Of a stretch of DNA of 64,000 nucleotides, positions 26,001-41,000 are shown piece after piece; positions within the stretch are counted from its first letter, which is position 1; each line of letters opens with the position of its first letter. Under the pieces are notes generated by a model. It was not told the origin of the DNA. It searched no databases and was given only the letters and a program-made list of their open reading frames with translations. Origin of the DNA: Phoronis australis. Its lineage: Eukaryota > Animalia > Phoronida. The DNA is taken from the NCBI GenBank assembly GCA_002633005.1, contig NMRA01000815.1, forward strand, positions 18,443 through 82,442, given 5' to 3'. Made by a program: the position numbers and the translations under genes.

Positions 26001-29000
26001 TATTGTGAGGTCTTTGTTGTAACTGTTAGTATTGCTGTATTTCATTTAGGGCTGTTCCAGTAAAATCCGTGTGGGAGGGGGGGTACGGCAGTAGAAATAA
26101 AAATTCATGGGTGGTGGTCTTCAGAAAAAAACTCAAATTATGGGTGGTCGTTCCTGTAAGAAGTGATGCATTAAAAATGGGTGGTATTTTTTGATCTGTT
26201 AACGTTGACAGGTTGGTTAATTCAGCCAACACATCTCCAAAAAAGTCAAAACTCAAAAAATATGATTGGCATATATCCCAACTTATCCCAATACAAAAAA
26301 GCCCATATTGCCAGTGAACAGAGTGCAATATGTTCACTAAGCCATTAATCAAGTCATGGGCAACTTGATTTGAGCCAAGGGCTAGTCTGCAGTCCTACTG
26401 AATTGAAAAGTTATGCAACACTAAACTGGTGTTAACACATATAAGAAAATTGATGATTTTTAAATAAAAAGTATGAGGAGTAAGATAAACAAGTTCCAAT
26501 GTTCACTTGACATAGAAGTATAAAAGAGTTTGTGGAGACAGTTTGAGATTCATAGATCCTTATAATTGAAAAAATGTTCGCTGAAATTATAGACACATGG
26601 TGAACAGAGACACCTGGTGGCTGCCAAAAGTGTTGTTCACAGGCTACTTTAATTTTTGACAATATTGGACAAGACAACTAGTTCTTGTCTGTCAATCATC
26701 TAAGTTCTTAACAGGTCCTCCTGGAGGCAATTTGTTTGCAAGTGTTGGATTTTATATTTTAACCTATTAAAAATAATTAAAAAATTATGGGTCATGGGTT
26801 GGAGAAATAAATGAAAATTATGGGCGGTGGGTACGAAATAAAAGTGCCTTCCCCCCCTCCCATACAGATTTTGCTGGAACAGCCCTTATTGCTTGAAAGT
26901 GAGACGTGAGACTTTACAAGAATTGCCAGCCGCAACCTTTGCCAATCGTGAATGCTGATCTAAATTGATTCTTTTTTGTCTGAGCACACCTGTTGTTACA
27001 TCAGTAATGAGATCATAGGCAACTTTTTGTGGTGTGGTAGATATTAAGTGACCTGTGTACCACAGTGTGGGTGATGCTGGACAAAGACTGCTGGGAACAC
27101 TCAGCTCTGGGTCTGATTGATACATGTATTCAACAATAGTTCCCTGTCTGGAGTTGAAGCCAAACGATTTTTGTATGTGTTATCGTGATGCGTGTTTGGC
27201 AGCCTGTTTGATGCGTAGGAGGTGTGTGACATGGATACGGTGAATATTAGGAAGTTTGTGTAAAGCTATTCTTCTTACAACACCGCCATGTGTTCAGTCA
27301 ACTGAGTAGACCTGTCCAGTAAGTTGTGTAAATTGTAACCCGAGTGAGATATATTTAGATACCGTGTATTTTTCACCTTTATCTCAAATGTAAGCTTTGG
27401 CGTAGTTTCGGAAATGGGGGGCCTTTAAACGGAAAATGTGCAAGCGAAATGTTATTGGAATGAGGACTGATTTGTGTGATTAGGAGTCTATGAAACTAGT
27501 GGTGCTGTTAAATAAATTGATTTTGTTGAAAAGTGTGCTGTACTAAGCTCTGTATCCATTTGGTGTTGTTTTGACATTTCCTGACACAGTTCTATTTGGA
27601 GTAGCCTGCAAACCCTTCGCTATCGAAGTCATTAAACAAGCTATCTCTTTAAACCCACCACTGTATTTTGTTTCACTTCTCGTCAAATACAGTTACTGTC
27701 TAATTGCTCGGCTTTGCTTGTTTTTCAGACTTAGTGCCTGGGTAACATTGCTGATCAACTTATTGTTCATTGTTGTGTGGACACTGATTGCCATGACAAC
27801 CAAGTATGACAAAAGACATTTGTACACCTTTCCACAGGACTGGTGGAGAGTTCTGCTGTGGGTGAGTACAATCCGAGTTCTGCTGTTCATGTTTATCGCC
27901 CTGTCAAGTGAAATTGGTTTTGTATGGTCAAATTCATAGTTCGTATGGTGCTTAAATGACTTTGCACAATTCGTTTATCGTAAAAGTTTTTGGAAAATTT
28001 GTTTTAATATTACCATTGCCTCATTACAATCTGCCTTGGATTATCATTACATAATAGTGTCATATAACACTTTGTATACTGCAACTGAATCACAACTTAA
28101 TTTTTGTCAAGCTCTATTCGATGTCCTTGATCTGGAAGTCAGAGTCACCATTTTCTATCCCTGTACAGTCGAGCTCTCTGATGTTGTTATTGTAATTGCA
28201 ACGCCTACTACTTGATTCTGTTTTGGTTTAAAGATTGTTATTCTCATGTGAGATATTTTTTATCGCTTCTTTTGTAGATATTTGCTGTTGGTATCTGGAT
28301 TTATCAAATAGTTGAAGAAGTCCTCGACATAATACGGTCTAACAAAAAGTTTAAGGTTTGTTTCTTCTTCGCGTTCTATAGACATACCTCTTAAATGATT
28401 GTATTTCATCAGCTGTTCCCATCATCTCCTGTGTCACAGCCAGACTGAAGTTTCTGGTTGTGGGTTACAATCACAGTCTCTATTCTGTTTGGGATCAAAG
28501 AATTTTTAATTCCTTGAGTGAAATTGTACGATTTTAGCTCATGAGGATGAACTGTGGTCTAAAAATAAAATTTTGTGTCAATAATATCACATAACCGGTC
28601 ATATTCTGATATCGCTGAATTTTTAGGGGCCAATAATGCACTGTTCCAAATCTCTTATTGGTTGGACTATTATATACTCAAGCCAGGTCAACCTATTGTG
28701 TGGCAACTCATTACTAAATGCGTATAGTGACTTACAGTCCTTCATCTCTGCTGGGGATTGACTGGGTCTTCATGGTAATTGTAATATAAATTTTCCCATT
28801 TCTACAATCAATGTGCAGTGAATAAGTCCAGTGACTTGTTTTTAAGATTAACGTAACTATTTTACACAGCATTGGAGGAAATGGCGTTTGTCGGAAATTG
28901 ATCGAGATATGAAGTTCACGCATCCACGCTGGCCGGAAGAAGAAGAGTTTCTTCAGTGTGAAAAGAAAGAAGTGGACAAGGGCAAGCCGCAGTACTTCAG

Positions 29001-32000
29001 TGATTTTTGGTATGTGCCTGTAAATCCCTATCTGACATTAACAGGCGCTGTGCTCAAGTTGAAAAGTAGCAGTTTTCGTCAAATCGAGTTCTCTAAATTT
29101 ACCTATCCGTGCCTATTAATATCGCTTCCTGAGACTCTAGAAATTTGACTTTGCGTCGACCACATTTTTATGTGTTCAGTTTAACCTATGCTCTTAATTT
29201 TATATTTTTTTTGTTATGCCCCGGATCCTAACCTGAATATAGAATGACGTGTTCACATGATTTATTTGTTCCAGGAACATATTCGACTGGATATGTTATG
29301 CATTACTACTGACAACGATCGTAACACATATTGTTGATGTTGCTCATCACACTGAGTTCTTAGCTCGGCTTCACATCAGGATTCAAGCATTCAACATCAT
29401 CATCTTATGGCTCAGACTCATGAAAAATGCGCGCGCATTTGCTGCGCTAGGTGCGTGTCCTTTCAAGTAGTTTTAGCGCCTGCAGTCTAATCTTTCTGTA
29501 CTCAAAATTAATTTTGGAATTTTTTATTTTAAGTAAAGTTAATGTCTATTACTCTGTGTTTGAGTATGCTGTTGTTTACATGGATGTCTCTAATCTTGGT
29601 TTTCATTTGATGACACCAACGTTAATGGTTTCAGCTCAAGTTTGAACTGAAAATTTCAAGGTTTTACTTCTTGAGTTTATAGCTCAAATTTAGTAACCAA
29701 GTGTGAATTTAGATGCAGAGACACTCATTGGCATAAACTATAACATACCTGACATGCAGACAAACATTGACACTTGTCTTGAGTTTGCTTAACGTAGATT
29801 ATGGAAAATGAGAACCAGTTTTCTCCATTAAATAACGGGCACCAAACTGGTTCTCAAAATACGGGAACGCTATATCAGACTATTCCCTGTCAAATAAATA
29901 TCTAAAATATTGCTCACTGTGGAATAATGATACTGATTCTTTGGCTTGAGTCACTGATTACATAGTATCTACTACATGAGGGAATATGACTTGTATAACT
30001 TGAAGTAGGGCACTGTCGTTTTGGGCCACTAAATTTGTTGGCTTATTGTGTTAGTGAAGACAGCCCGCGCTGTGATATGCTTATTTGCCTGTCACTCCCA
30101 CACCTTGATCTGATGCACATCACAGACTTTGTATCTTCTGAACATCGGATGAGTACAGGTGATCCACACTTGCTGTTGTCTTCACCTCGGTCAGATGTCT
30201 GCAGCTTCGTGTAGCTAATGAAGCCACCTAGTGGCAGAATTATGACTTTCCTGACTTTCTCACGTCGATGCCAATACTCATAGCAGGGAGTCCAGTGATA
30301 CAATAGCATGAGGTTATTATACACTGACATTTCCAACTTTTACTTCACAGGTCCATTCATTGTAATGCTGGGTCACATGTTGGGTGATGTGGTCAAGTTT
30401 GTGTACTTGTATATGGAGTTCTTTATTCCCTTTAGTAAGTATCTCTCTGTTTTCTCTTTGAGTGACTGCGTTTTATTCAAGTTAATGTTTTATTTAACAA
30501 AATTGTTCCGACTACATCATTGAAAATTTAATATGAAAGTTTGCAACAAAATAAAACGACATTTTTTGCATGTGCATGCACTCACGTGTATGCCATGATT
30601 TTTCTATTGATTACCACTCCATTACTTAAAATGAAAACAAGCTCATTATGCTGGTATTTCTCTGCTTCGCCACCTCTCACTGCTTGACACCTCTCACTGC
30701 TTGACACCTCTCACTGCTTGACACATCGTAGACAAAATGATTCCATGCGGTATAAGTCATTGTTAGTGTTTGCATCTGTCACACAAATATTGGAAACTTG
30801 ATAAGTTCGTAACACCTGTGGAAATTTTGTGGATTTCTTTCGACAAAGTCTTTATCGTTCATTTGTTTTGTTTTTTTGTTTCACTCCTATAACAAAGTCC
30901 TGGACATGAAGCAAAATGGAGATACTTCAAAGCTCCTGTGAACTATTCAAAGGCATCTTTTTTGATTTTTTCTTCACTGCGACTGTAATTCATACTTTTT
31001 GGCAACAGTTGAAAGTTTGATATGAATCTGACCAGCCATTTCTGGGAGATATGATGTTCCAGAGATAGCCTAGTTTGGACATTTTTCTAGGGTCTTGCAT
31101 AATTTCGACCAGTATTGCTTAGCCCCGGCCCTCAAACTTTCTTTAATCTGTAAAACGTTACTGATAGAAATAAAAAATAATAATTAAAAAACAGAAACCA
31201 ACTCAGTGAATGCATCACATTGATGCAACACGCATGATGTTGAAAGTCTCTTTACACATCTGTTGGGTAGGTTGTTTTAATAAACAGTCACAAGGATTGC
31301 AATTTCCTCAAAGAATTGTCCAGTACATTTCTGTTGATATGATAAAGTAAGATTGTTCAAATATGATATTTTAACAGGTTGTGCCTTCTGGATGATATTT
31401 GGTGGCCCGCGGTATTCTCAACAAGACATCGCCAATGGGATTACCAATACCACACAAACAGTAATGGTGTCTGGTCTTCAGAACTTTGAAACTGCCTTCA
31501 CTATGTTCAGACTCACACTTGTGGACGAGTATGACTTCGACGTATGTATAGTCTGCATCAACGCTATGGAATTAACTGGAACTAATTCGATTCACAATTT
31601 ATTTCAAGCGGCATCCATGACAACAGTGTCATACCCAACGTGTTGAAATATGTTAACTTTTTAACTTAAGTTTCCAGTCTCAATATGCTGTAATCCATAG
31701 TATACTTTTTTGGCAATAGTCAATTGCTGGACCCTGCATTTTTAGAACCAGTTTTCTCCACCTAATAACTGGCATCAAACTGGTTCTCAAAATCCGGGCC
31801 CCTGTATTAAGTGACTATTGCCCTCTTTTGCTTGGAAATTCTTCTATTTGTCGGTTGCAGTGGAATGTGCTTGCAAGTAACAGGATAATTTAAGAAAATA
31901 TTTTCAATAGAAGGTGGCTGAAACATGTGTAGGAAGCGGGTGATATTGGTAGGAACTGAAGATAAGCGTCTGTTATGGTTGTGTACCATTACCCTGTACT

Positions 32001-35000
32001 ATTATGGTTGTATACCATTACCCTGTACTAGTATGGTTGTATACCATTACCCTGTACTAGTATGGTTGTGTACCATTCCCCTGAACTAGCTGTTAAAACA
32101 GAAATTTCCAACATCAATATTTGATCTAGTTTCATCTTCGATTAAACTTGACAAACAAGCCTAATTGTGTTGCTGTGATAGTAAGCGAGTCAGAGCTTAC
32201 ACTCACACAAAGGTATCAGCACGTGATAGTTGAGTCTAATTTTTCTGAAAGTCAACTGTTTTTTGGTGATAGCATTTCACACAAAATGCATGTTATCCAC
32301 AACATTTGCTGAATATAGTTTGAAAGTAGTATTTTTTAATAGCGATTAGCGTCAGGCTCGCTGTACAACATAATTGCTGGATTACGTGAGGTTATAAGAT
32401 GAACACAGGCAATGAGAGAGTTGGATTGTGTAAACATTAGTTTGCCAACTTTCTCCCTTTGCTCTCACTGTCAAACTGATAATGACACGGCTGTATCCCT
32501 CGGGATACTCATCCCACAGTGCGTGTACGTAACAATAATGTGCTCAAGTATATTACGCGGACAACTGTAATCCTATTTTGCTCTTAACAACCCTAGATAT
32601 AAGCCCGAGTCTGAACCATAAATCGTGTTTTTTTACTCAAAATCTCAAGTGTTTGCTAGAGTTTGTGTAATGAGTCTAAGGTGTCACTGACTACAAATTT
32701 GGCTTCACGGTGTTTTGTGGAATGCATAATACACTCAACCACAGAGCAAATGATTATCTTGAATTTGTGAAACAGGAGAACGGAAAATAACAAAACGTAT
32801 TTTTGAGTTTGATTTTGGATATTAAAAAGATTAGACCTGTGTCCCTGATCAATAGATGCAATTCGTGTATTTGCAGATATCGACTTTTACAGGAATAAAA
32901 ATTGATTGCAAATAACTTGTGAGTGCTCTGTCTAATAATTGGACTTGGACATGCTCTAGAACATAAGAGAATAGAAGTCATTGAGTAGTTTTTATGTGAA
33001 AATTATGATATTATTTTAATTGTAACTACTAAAAATGTATGTCTGTAGCCACAATTTTTAAAAAAAATGGAGTCGTGTGTGTACAAACAGGATTATTCTT
33101 GCGATCATCAATGGTTCAAAAATATGTTATAATTGGCTTGAAATTAATTTTGAAGTAAGCAGCTAATTTTAAAGAAGCACAACTCTCGTTAATGATTATA
33201 TCCTGTGAATTTTGCATCTTAGGTACACAACAGTAACTAACTGTTACTTTCTGATGGAAGTCTCTTAATGCGTTGATTATTTCTTAGATCGCTTGTTTTT
33301 CTAAAACTTTTGAGCCCGAAACCTTCCGTTCCCAAATATTCTATATGTTTTATTTCAACACTCATTCAGATTTCTTGTTCACAGAATATGCTGCTCGTAG
33401 ATGATGTAATGACCTACTTACTGCTGATTGGTTGGTTTGGTTTGTCATCCATTCTCTGCCTGAACCTGTTCATTGCTTTGCTGTCTGACACCTTCCAACG
33501 GTAAGTTTATCTGGTTTCCAGTTTTCAACATTATGCTGTTGTCTAAAGCCCAGATATAACCATATGCTAACTGCGGTTTCCTGGCGGAATTTTATAGTAT
33601 TATATTTTTGTGTATGTCTTAATATATTGGTAACTGTTGAAAAAACATTATGCTGTTGCTTTAAGGTTACCTAGGACCTTACTAAGTGACCTCAACTCTA
33701 AGTCAAATATCGAAAAAAATTATGATTTGTCAAGCATTAAAAATACAATATTTTCTGAAAGGAGAAATATCGAGGATTCTAGAAATATGCTTCTTACTAC
33801 TGTGTCTTTGTTATTGTCATGTAACCTCGTTTTTTAAGTCAAATTTTCAATTTTGATAGCACGTCATGTGGCACAACCCACTGGTAAAAAGATGTCTATT
33901 AATACATCTCGATACTTTACCTGGAAGAATGATAATACCCACCGTCTGCTTTGTTGTAACTTGTCAACTCTTCAGCCACAACTAAATTGTCCTGTCCAGA
34001 TACTGAGTGGATCGAGTAATATTGCCCATCAAAAAATTCATGCTCGAGGTTCTATCTTTCAGAGTGTATGACAACGCACACGCTAATGCCCTCATGCAGA
34101 AAGCCATCACGATTCTCAGCATTCAAGATGGCCGAACGGAGAAGCAGAAGGAGACTTTCAATCAGTTCATACGTGAAACATGTTCACCAGAGAAACTGTA
34201 TTACGATGACGACTTGACAACATCTGGCGAGGATGACCTGAAGAAGGCTACCATTCAAATACGGGTACATATTTATCTTGGATGTTGAGAACCAGTTTTC
34301 TCCATTGAATAATAGGCATCAAACTGGTTGTCAAAATGCATGATCCTTGTAAGTGACTGTTGCCAAAAGAACTATAAGCTCTAATTTAGACTGGCTACTT
34401 ATCAAAGATTTTAAAACTCATTTCTTATTATTAGTAAATAAATTAAATGACTTCTAGGCTTAGTAAGATTTGACAGCCAAACTGTTCTTGGTTGAGATGA
34501 GGCTGAGTAAGTTGACTGAAACCAGCTGGTCATTATATGTGCTTAGCATGCTCTCGGCAGTAACAAGGTGTGGGCTCTTCTTGACCCCAGAAACCACTTC
34601 CAATTTGACTAGGGAACAAGTTGAGACCAGTTGTATAGTTATGGGGAAATGGATAGTTTTTATAAAAATTGAAATCCTTGAAGACAGACTTAAAGAATTA
34701 AAAACTTTATTCTTAGTTCTGAATGCTTAGTTATCAGTGGTGAAAATTAAGACTTTGAGACCTCTATGAAATGTTCGATGATTACATTTTAATTGACTAT
34801 TATGAAATTATCTTTAAGCTCCCGGATATCTCAAACCTTTTTAATGATTATATTTTAATAGTTTCATGTGCTGTGCCATCAGTTTAGTAGCACTTATACG
34901 TCATTTCTAAAATTTATTAGTTGATTTACACCAACCTCTACCCTATATAATTACGTTGGTGCGACGTTTCAAAATGCCACACCAATGTAGCTGAGCTAGA

Positions 35001-38000
35001 GGTTGAGACTGATAGATTTTAGAAATGACCTTACCACATCACCACCTGGAAGCGGTTTTATGAAGACATTAATAGCGCTACTCAATAACTTTTCTGGATT
35101 GAATGGAAATCTCATTTGAATTGATTTCTAGGATGACATTGAAGAACTGAAAGACTGGTGGAAGGATGAGTTTCATGACAATGACTCGGGTTCTTTGGTA
35201 AGTTGGGGTTAGTTTGTATTCATTAACTCAATGTCTAATCTGGCTGTTCTTTAAGTGGTGTCCAGGACAAGCTTGTCAACAAATTCATGAAATTCATTTA
35301 CATCCACTAACCACTGACTGACTAATGGGAAACACCCTGTTTATGAGACTACGCGTTGAGGGTAAGGGGGAAATGATTCATAGCAATAAGGTCTGCATTT
35401 TTAATGTTTTTAAACAGTGATTCAGAAATGATTTTTCAAGTTACAATTCATGTTTACGGGAACACTTTCTTCTTAAATGTGACAATGATGATCGTAACTA
35501 AGAAAGATTGAATTTGTTTAACAAATTGGTCTCCAGGTTATGAAAGGCATTGGTTGCCAGCATCAAAAGGATTTAAGATGTCAGCTATCATGGACATGAA
35601 GTGGCCCAGCTTAGTGAGGTTGGGTTTCCCTTTCAGAATTGACGGCTTTTTGTTACTCCATTTTGCTTTCCATTTACGTCTTTAAATCATTTTGTTTCAA
35701 AATTTGTGTACAAGTTGGTGACCAAGAAGGAAATTCACATTGAACAGCAGACGAACAGAAAGTTGGAGGTGACTGTATGCCATCCTCTGAGTGTCTGACT
35801 TTTATCATGACAGCGTTTTACCGACGTAGGGGGTTCTGAGCGTGTGATAACATCTAACTGTTCTTTGTTAACTGCCAAGCACACTCTTTTGTCTGTCATG
35901 ACAACAAGCAGGCCAATTATCTACCAGGCTTATTACTGACCACGTGTGAACACAGTCAAACTCAGAGTGAATTGGTGTATTCGGAAAGAATATATTGTCG
36001 TAACTTCGGTTGCAGTTGGGCGATTTTGGCGATTCAAAAATTAAACATGATCACCATTTGATGAAGATTTCCGAAATGCTATTGGTTTATGTTCAAATAT
36101 GTTATAACTTACTTAACTTTTATTTTTAACAGCACAGCCCTGTCAGGGTAGATACGATCTTATTGGAGATTAGAGCAATTATTGAACAAAAGACAGCTGG
36201 CCCTCCAACCATAAATGCCAGACTGGAGTTAGTCAGTCATGTAATATATTGGCTACAAGGGTAAACTTCCCAACTTGTTGTTGGGCTATAGAATCAAACA
36301 AGTTGGGACCAACGGGAAAACGCCATAATGTTCCAATAATGCCCAGCAAAATTAAAATTCATAACAACTGTAGTGTAAAGCATGAGGTCCTGGCGCTAGG
36401 GCTGTGAAGATCAGCTTAAATGAAGTCAGTACGTGCAGTGTTGTATAGACAATAGTTAGATGTTATTATGGTTCTGTTTGTTAAGAGGAAAACTGCCAAC
36501 AGTTACGTCATGTCTTTCAAGAAGAGGGGTCCTGTGAGTACGGACAGATCACTAACTCTTTGTGCTTGATTGTGCATGGTTTGGTTGACTAAAAGTTTAG
36601 TTGCTGCATTTATATTTGTTAATGCCTGGCGTGTTCTTGAAGTGTGTGCAAATGACTGAGTAATATAAACAGCACAGTATTTTTTAATTTTACAAAATAT
36701 ATAGAATTGTCCATTGTCGTAGTATTGTTATGTGCTAATAGGGAGTCTGTTTCATGAAAAGTAACTTAAGACGCAATTCAGAAATTTAGTATTCCGCTCC
36801 TCACAACTATTTCTGAACAATGATTAAATCTCACCGGAGCAAAATCTCACCTGAGCAAAAGTCCAAAGTCTCTGAAAATATGCACAGCACATAACTGTTA
36901 GTTTGTGAGATACCTTTTTATAAATCATTTGGATATTGTGATAAGCTCAATATTGCTCAGCTAATTAATCTAATTGTTAAGGGGGAGTGCAAGACTAAAT
37001 TTCTGTCTTACATCTCTTTGGTGAAACAACCCCTTCTCCTGTTTTTTTTTGTCAGTTGCTGGACAAGATTGGTCAGTTCATGCCGTGTTGTTTTGCATGC
37101 AGGCGATCTCATTTCCTGTCACGTGTTGCCGCCATACTTCTCACTTCAGTTCTCTGGTCACTTCAGTTTTCTTAAAGCCTTAGTTGTTTTTTATGGTTTG
37201 GGATAGCTGGGAATTTTTTGTTTGTATGGGAAATATTAAAAATATGGACATGGTTAGAAATGGCACAAGCCCAAACTGTTGACTCAGTCTTAGCCAGTCA
37301 GTGGATGAATGGCTCATTGTAGTTACTGTGGGTATACATTTTGTGTGTGTGGTATTGAGTTGTGTCATGTTGCTATTATATTAGAAAGTGGTGAGGAGCT
37401 TTTTTGTGAACAATTATTACTGGTGCCACTGTGTTTTGAAGGTCACCTTGAATGGGACTATGGAATTATGTGTGTTGAGGTTGTTGTGAACCCTGGAATT
37501 ATTTGAGCATGAATGGAAATTTGAAAAGTTTGGATTGAGGCGAAGGGGGTAGAGGGGGAGGCGGAGAGAATGAATCGTGTAGGGCTGATATTTTTGAAAT
37601 ACATTGGCATGCTTTTGGACCAATCCACTTACAATCATATTATAGGTATCACTATTTTCAGTTTATAGCATTCTGCTGATTGAATAGCACAGACTTCACT
37701 GAATGCTTGTTTAACTATTAGTATTCTGCGTAATGACCACCCAATACCATGTCATTCATAATATGATGATTGAATAAGCAGACTTCATTGAATGCTTGTT
37801 TCACTACCAGTATTTTGCCTAATAAACACCCATGTCCCTCATTATTGCCGTGTATCAGTTGATTGACTAACAATTAGTGCTGCAAACATTTAAGTCGTGT
37901 CTGCACGCCAACAGATGGCGTGCAGGCATGACTTAAATGTTTGCAACATATTTTCCAAGCCATAGTGAGATTGACTTATTCATAAATACTAAGTGCTCTT

Positions 38001-41000
38001 TTTCTTGGATGCAAAGTATGTTTAGTATCATGTAGAAATAGAGGATTTTTGCAGCTGTTGAAGTGTTTTAAGACTTTAGACACTCATGCTGTCACAAAAC
38101 TTCTATACAAGCTGATCTGAAGGCCATTGTCTGTATGCATTTCATGAAATATTTAATGTTCTCTTGACACGTGACGGAGTTGCACACAACCGCTCGAATT
38201 TTCCTTGTCTCTCTAACATGGCTAAAAATCAATCACAGAATGATATTTCTTCTAGTTTCAATGTTTACTATGTTTTCAAAATCGGCCGAGATCAATGTTT
38301 TCTACATAGCCAAGTTTATTTGATTATGTCACGTTCTTTGTTTTACTCAATAAAAAATAAGAGCTCATTTTCTGCATTTAGGTGAAATCTCATTTTTTCG
38401 CTATTTTGAATCTAGTAAGGCATAAGCCAGAGCAAATTTTTTTCACAATTCAGGGTGTATGCATTACCCAGCTCAACAAACTCAAAGAGGATGAAGGAAT
38501 TCAAGGCCAACTGCTGAAATGAAATAGGGCTCAGTGCTCCTCATCATTAAAACTGCCCGTGGAAAACCCTGATCATACTAATATACAGTCAACTATTGCC
38601 AATGGCCTTGGAGATGAATGATGTACTGTTCTTTCCCTCAGGATGGTGACTTTATAGGAGGGGACGGCAAGGGCTCACGTAGGAAACAAGACGCTGTGTC
38701 CGTGGTTTCTCAGGAGCAGTTTCAACAGGAAATGGAGGCCATACGCGACGAGGTGAACGAGATGAAGAGTAAACAGGAAGAGATGTTCGTCCGGTTCAAG
38801 AAAGACTGTTTTAGCATGAAGGCCCTGCTGTTCCAGATCGCCGCATATCAAGGTGTCCCTGGTATGAAAACATGGTGCTGTGACAGCTGGTTGTCATGGA
38901 GACCACTCAAATAAATTGTTGTTTTTGTTGCAAAATGCAATATTGTTGGCGTATCTACTTTCACCTCTGAAAATGATAATTAGCAAACGTGACAATCTAT
39001 GGCTCATTTAAGAATCGCTGTATGCTCATTTTACCTCTCAGTACTTCTTCTGTTACTATGTGCCAGTAGTCGATCTTAGGCCACTTGGTCCCATGTAAAA
39101 AATCAGAAATTTGATCAAGATACTGGGAATATCCTCATTTTTTAAAAAATCGAATGTGTGACGTCAAAGAATAGTAGCTATCTGTTGGATTAAACTTTGG
39201 TTTTCTGTAATTACAATTAAGTTTTAGTTTTTACAAAATTCATAATATGTTGAGAAATGCATCATTTAATTTGCAGAATTTGCCTAATGATTGAACACTA
39301 AGGTTTTTAGGCTGTTGCATAGGATGTTCGCACATGCACTAGGGAGTTCTCTATTTTGCTGACTGTGAAAAGTTACTCCTCGTTAGGGAGAGTACTGGAA
39401 GTACCTAATTATCTGAATCGTTCCAAAGGACAGAGAAGAGCTCTTCTGTGGTTCCAAAGTTTGACATTAGGGACAGTTTTATAAAGATAATACAAGTCAT
39501 TTCTCCACATCTCCAGTAGTAGGAGCTTTTTTATCTTGACTAATAGTATCTAATTGTGGTACATGACCATACGTTTGATTGAACAGTTTGTTACTATTTT
39601 TACTGAGAAGTTGTTTAAAGTGAACCAACTTTTTGAAACATACCTTAAGTTTATTTTCTCATTCAAATACACACAGTTTTGGAGGTAGTCTGGAATCATG
39701 CAGATATTTTTTAAATTTTATTTCATTATTTTAGGTAATAGGGTGATATCCCCATCTCAACTGCATGGTCAAAACTTTGAAGCTTTGACAATGTTCCATC
39801 TATTTTAATTTGCAGTTTTTCTAAAAAAACGTTCTAAATAGCCTGAACCACTAGCTCCACCTTGTGGCTAGATTCCAACATTGGCTAGTTGTGAACATTA
39901 AGCAGAATATCAGCCAAAAATGTTAATTTGTCCTGAAATTGTCTTGGGTGCGCTGGCGAAACAAACATGTCTTGATTAGAATTCTATTGGCCTATGGTAC
40001 TCCAGTCTACATTGCCTTTTATGCTGCTCCGCTGTAATTTGATTTGATGGTCTGTGATGGGTGACTCTCTTTGTGGAAAACCTTTCACGTTCCATGCTAG
40101 ATCATTCTTTATTGAGACGTTAGTATGTCTATTTATTATTATCCTATATTTGGTAGCAACTTCAATGTAGCAACTGTATGCTTAAACTGTAGAAATGACA
40201 ATTAAGCGTTTATTGTTTATTTTTCTATTGACGGAGATTCTTCGTCAATGTTAAGGAGATTTGGACCTGTCCGAAGTAGCATACTGATTGGTTGTTGTGT
40301 ATTATAGGCATTCCTCAGTCATCTATTGGCTCACAGTCCATGAGTGCAACAGATACACGTTCAGCTATGGAAGACTGGTAAGTCTTCTTTTTAAAGAAAC
40401 CTATACAACATTTTGCTTTCTGAAAAAGGGTGCCCAGACTTCGCTATTTCCCAAGATACTGAAGTGCTGAAAATGACAGAATACATATTAATTGTGTAAC
40501 AAAAATACATTCAGCGATCATTTGGTCAAGTCAAAATCATCAGTTTCTAAGCAAAGTAACACCAAGTTTGTGTTAGGTTATCTAGGCATGGAATCAATCT
40601 TGATCAGTCCGAAGAGCAATATTGGAAACACTAATTACGGAAATTAATGCTCTTAAAGTGCCGCGTGTACGATTTTAAACGGTTGCTCAAATTTCCAGGG
40701 AGAAACTAGAAAAGAAAAGACGAAGAGATTACCGGCTCGCGAAGAAAGCAGAGCTTGAGGCTAGTGAACATAAGACCGTTACGGAAGTAGCGAGTGAACA
40801 CGTGACGGAAACAGGTGCACCACCGTCGAATGCACCGCCTGCGGATGCACCACCTCCTGTATTTGTTGTTGAACACCAGGAGCCACGTGTTGAAGTGTAC
40901 CCGAGTGCAGTAACGACTGACCGAGGGCTCGTGCGTGACACTGCTCCAGTTCAACCGGATGTGGATGTCTACGTACGACCAACAGTGCTCGTAAGTGGAA

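Noticed and set aside
35537-35620. Possible extra TRP exon after ctccag
   Set aside because: In the required phase 0 it hits a stop; exons 19 and 20 already join in frame.
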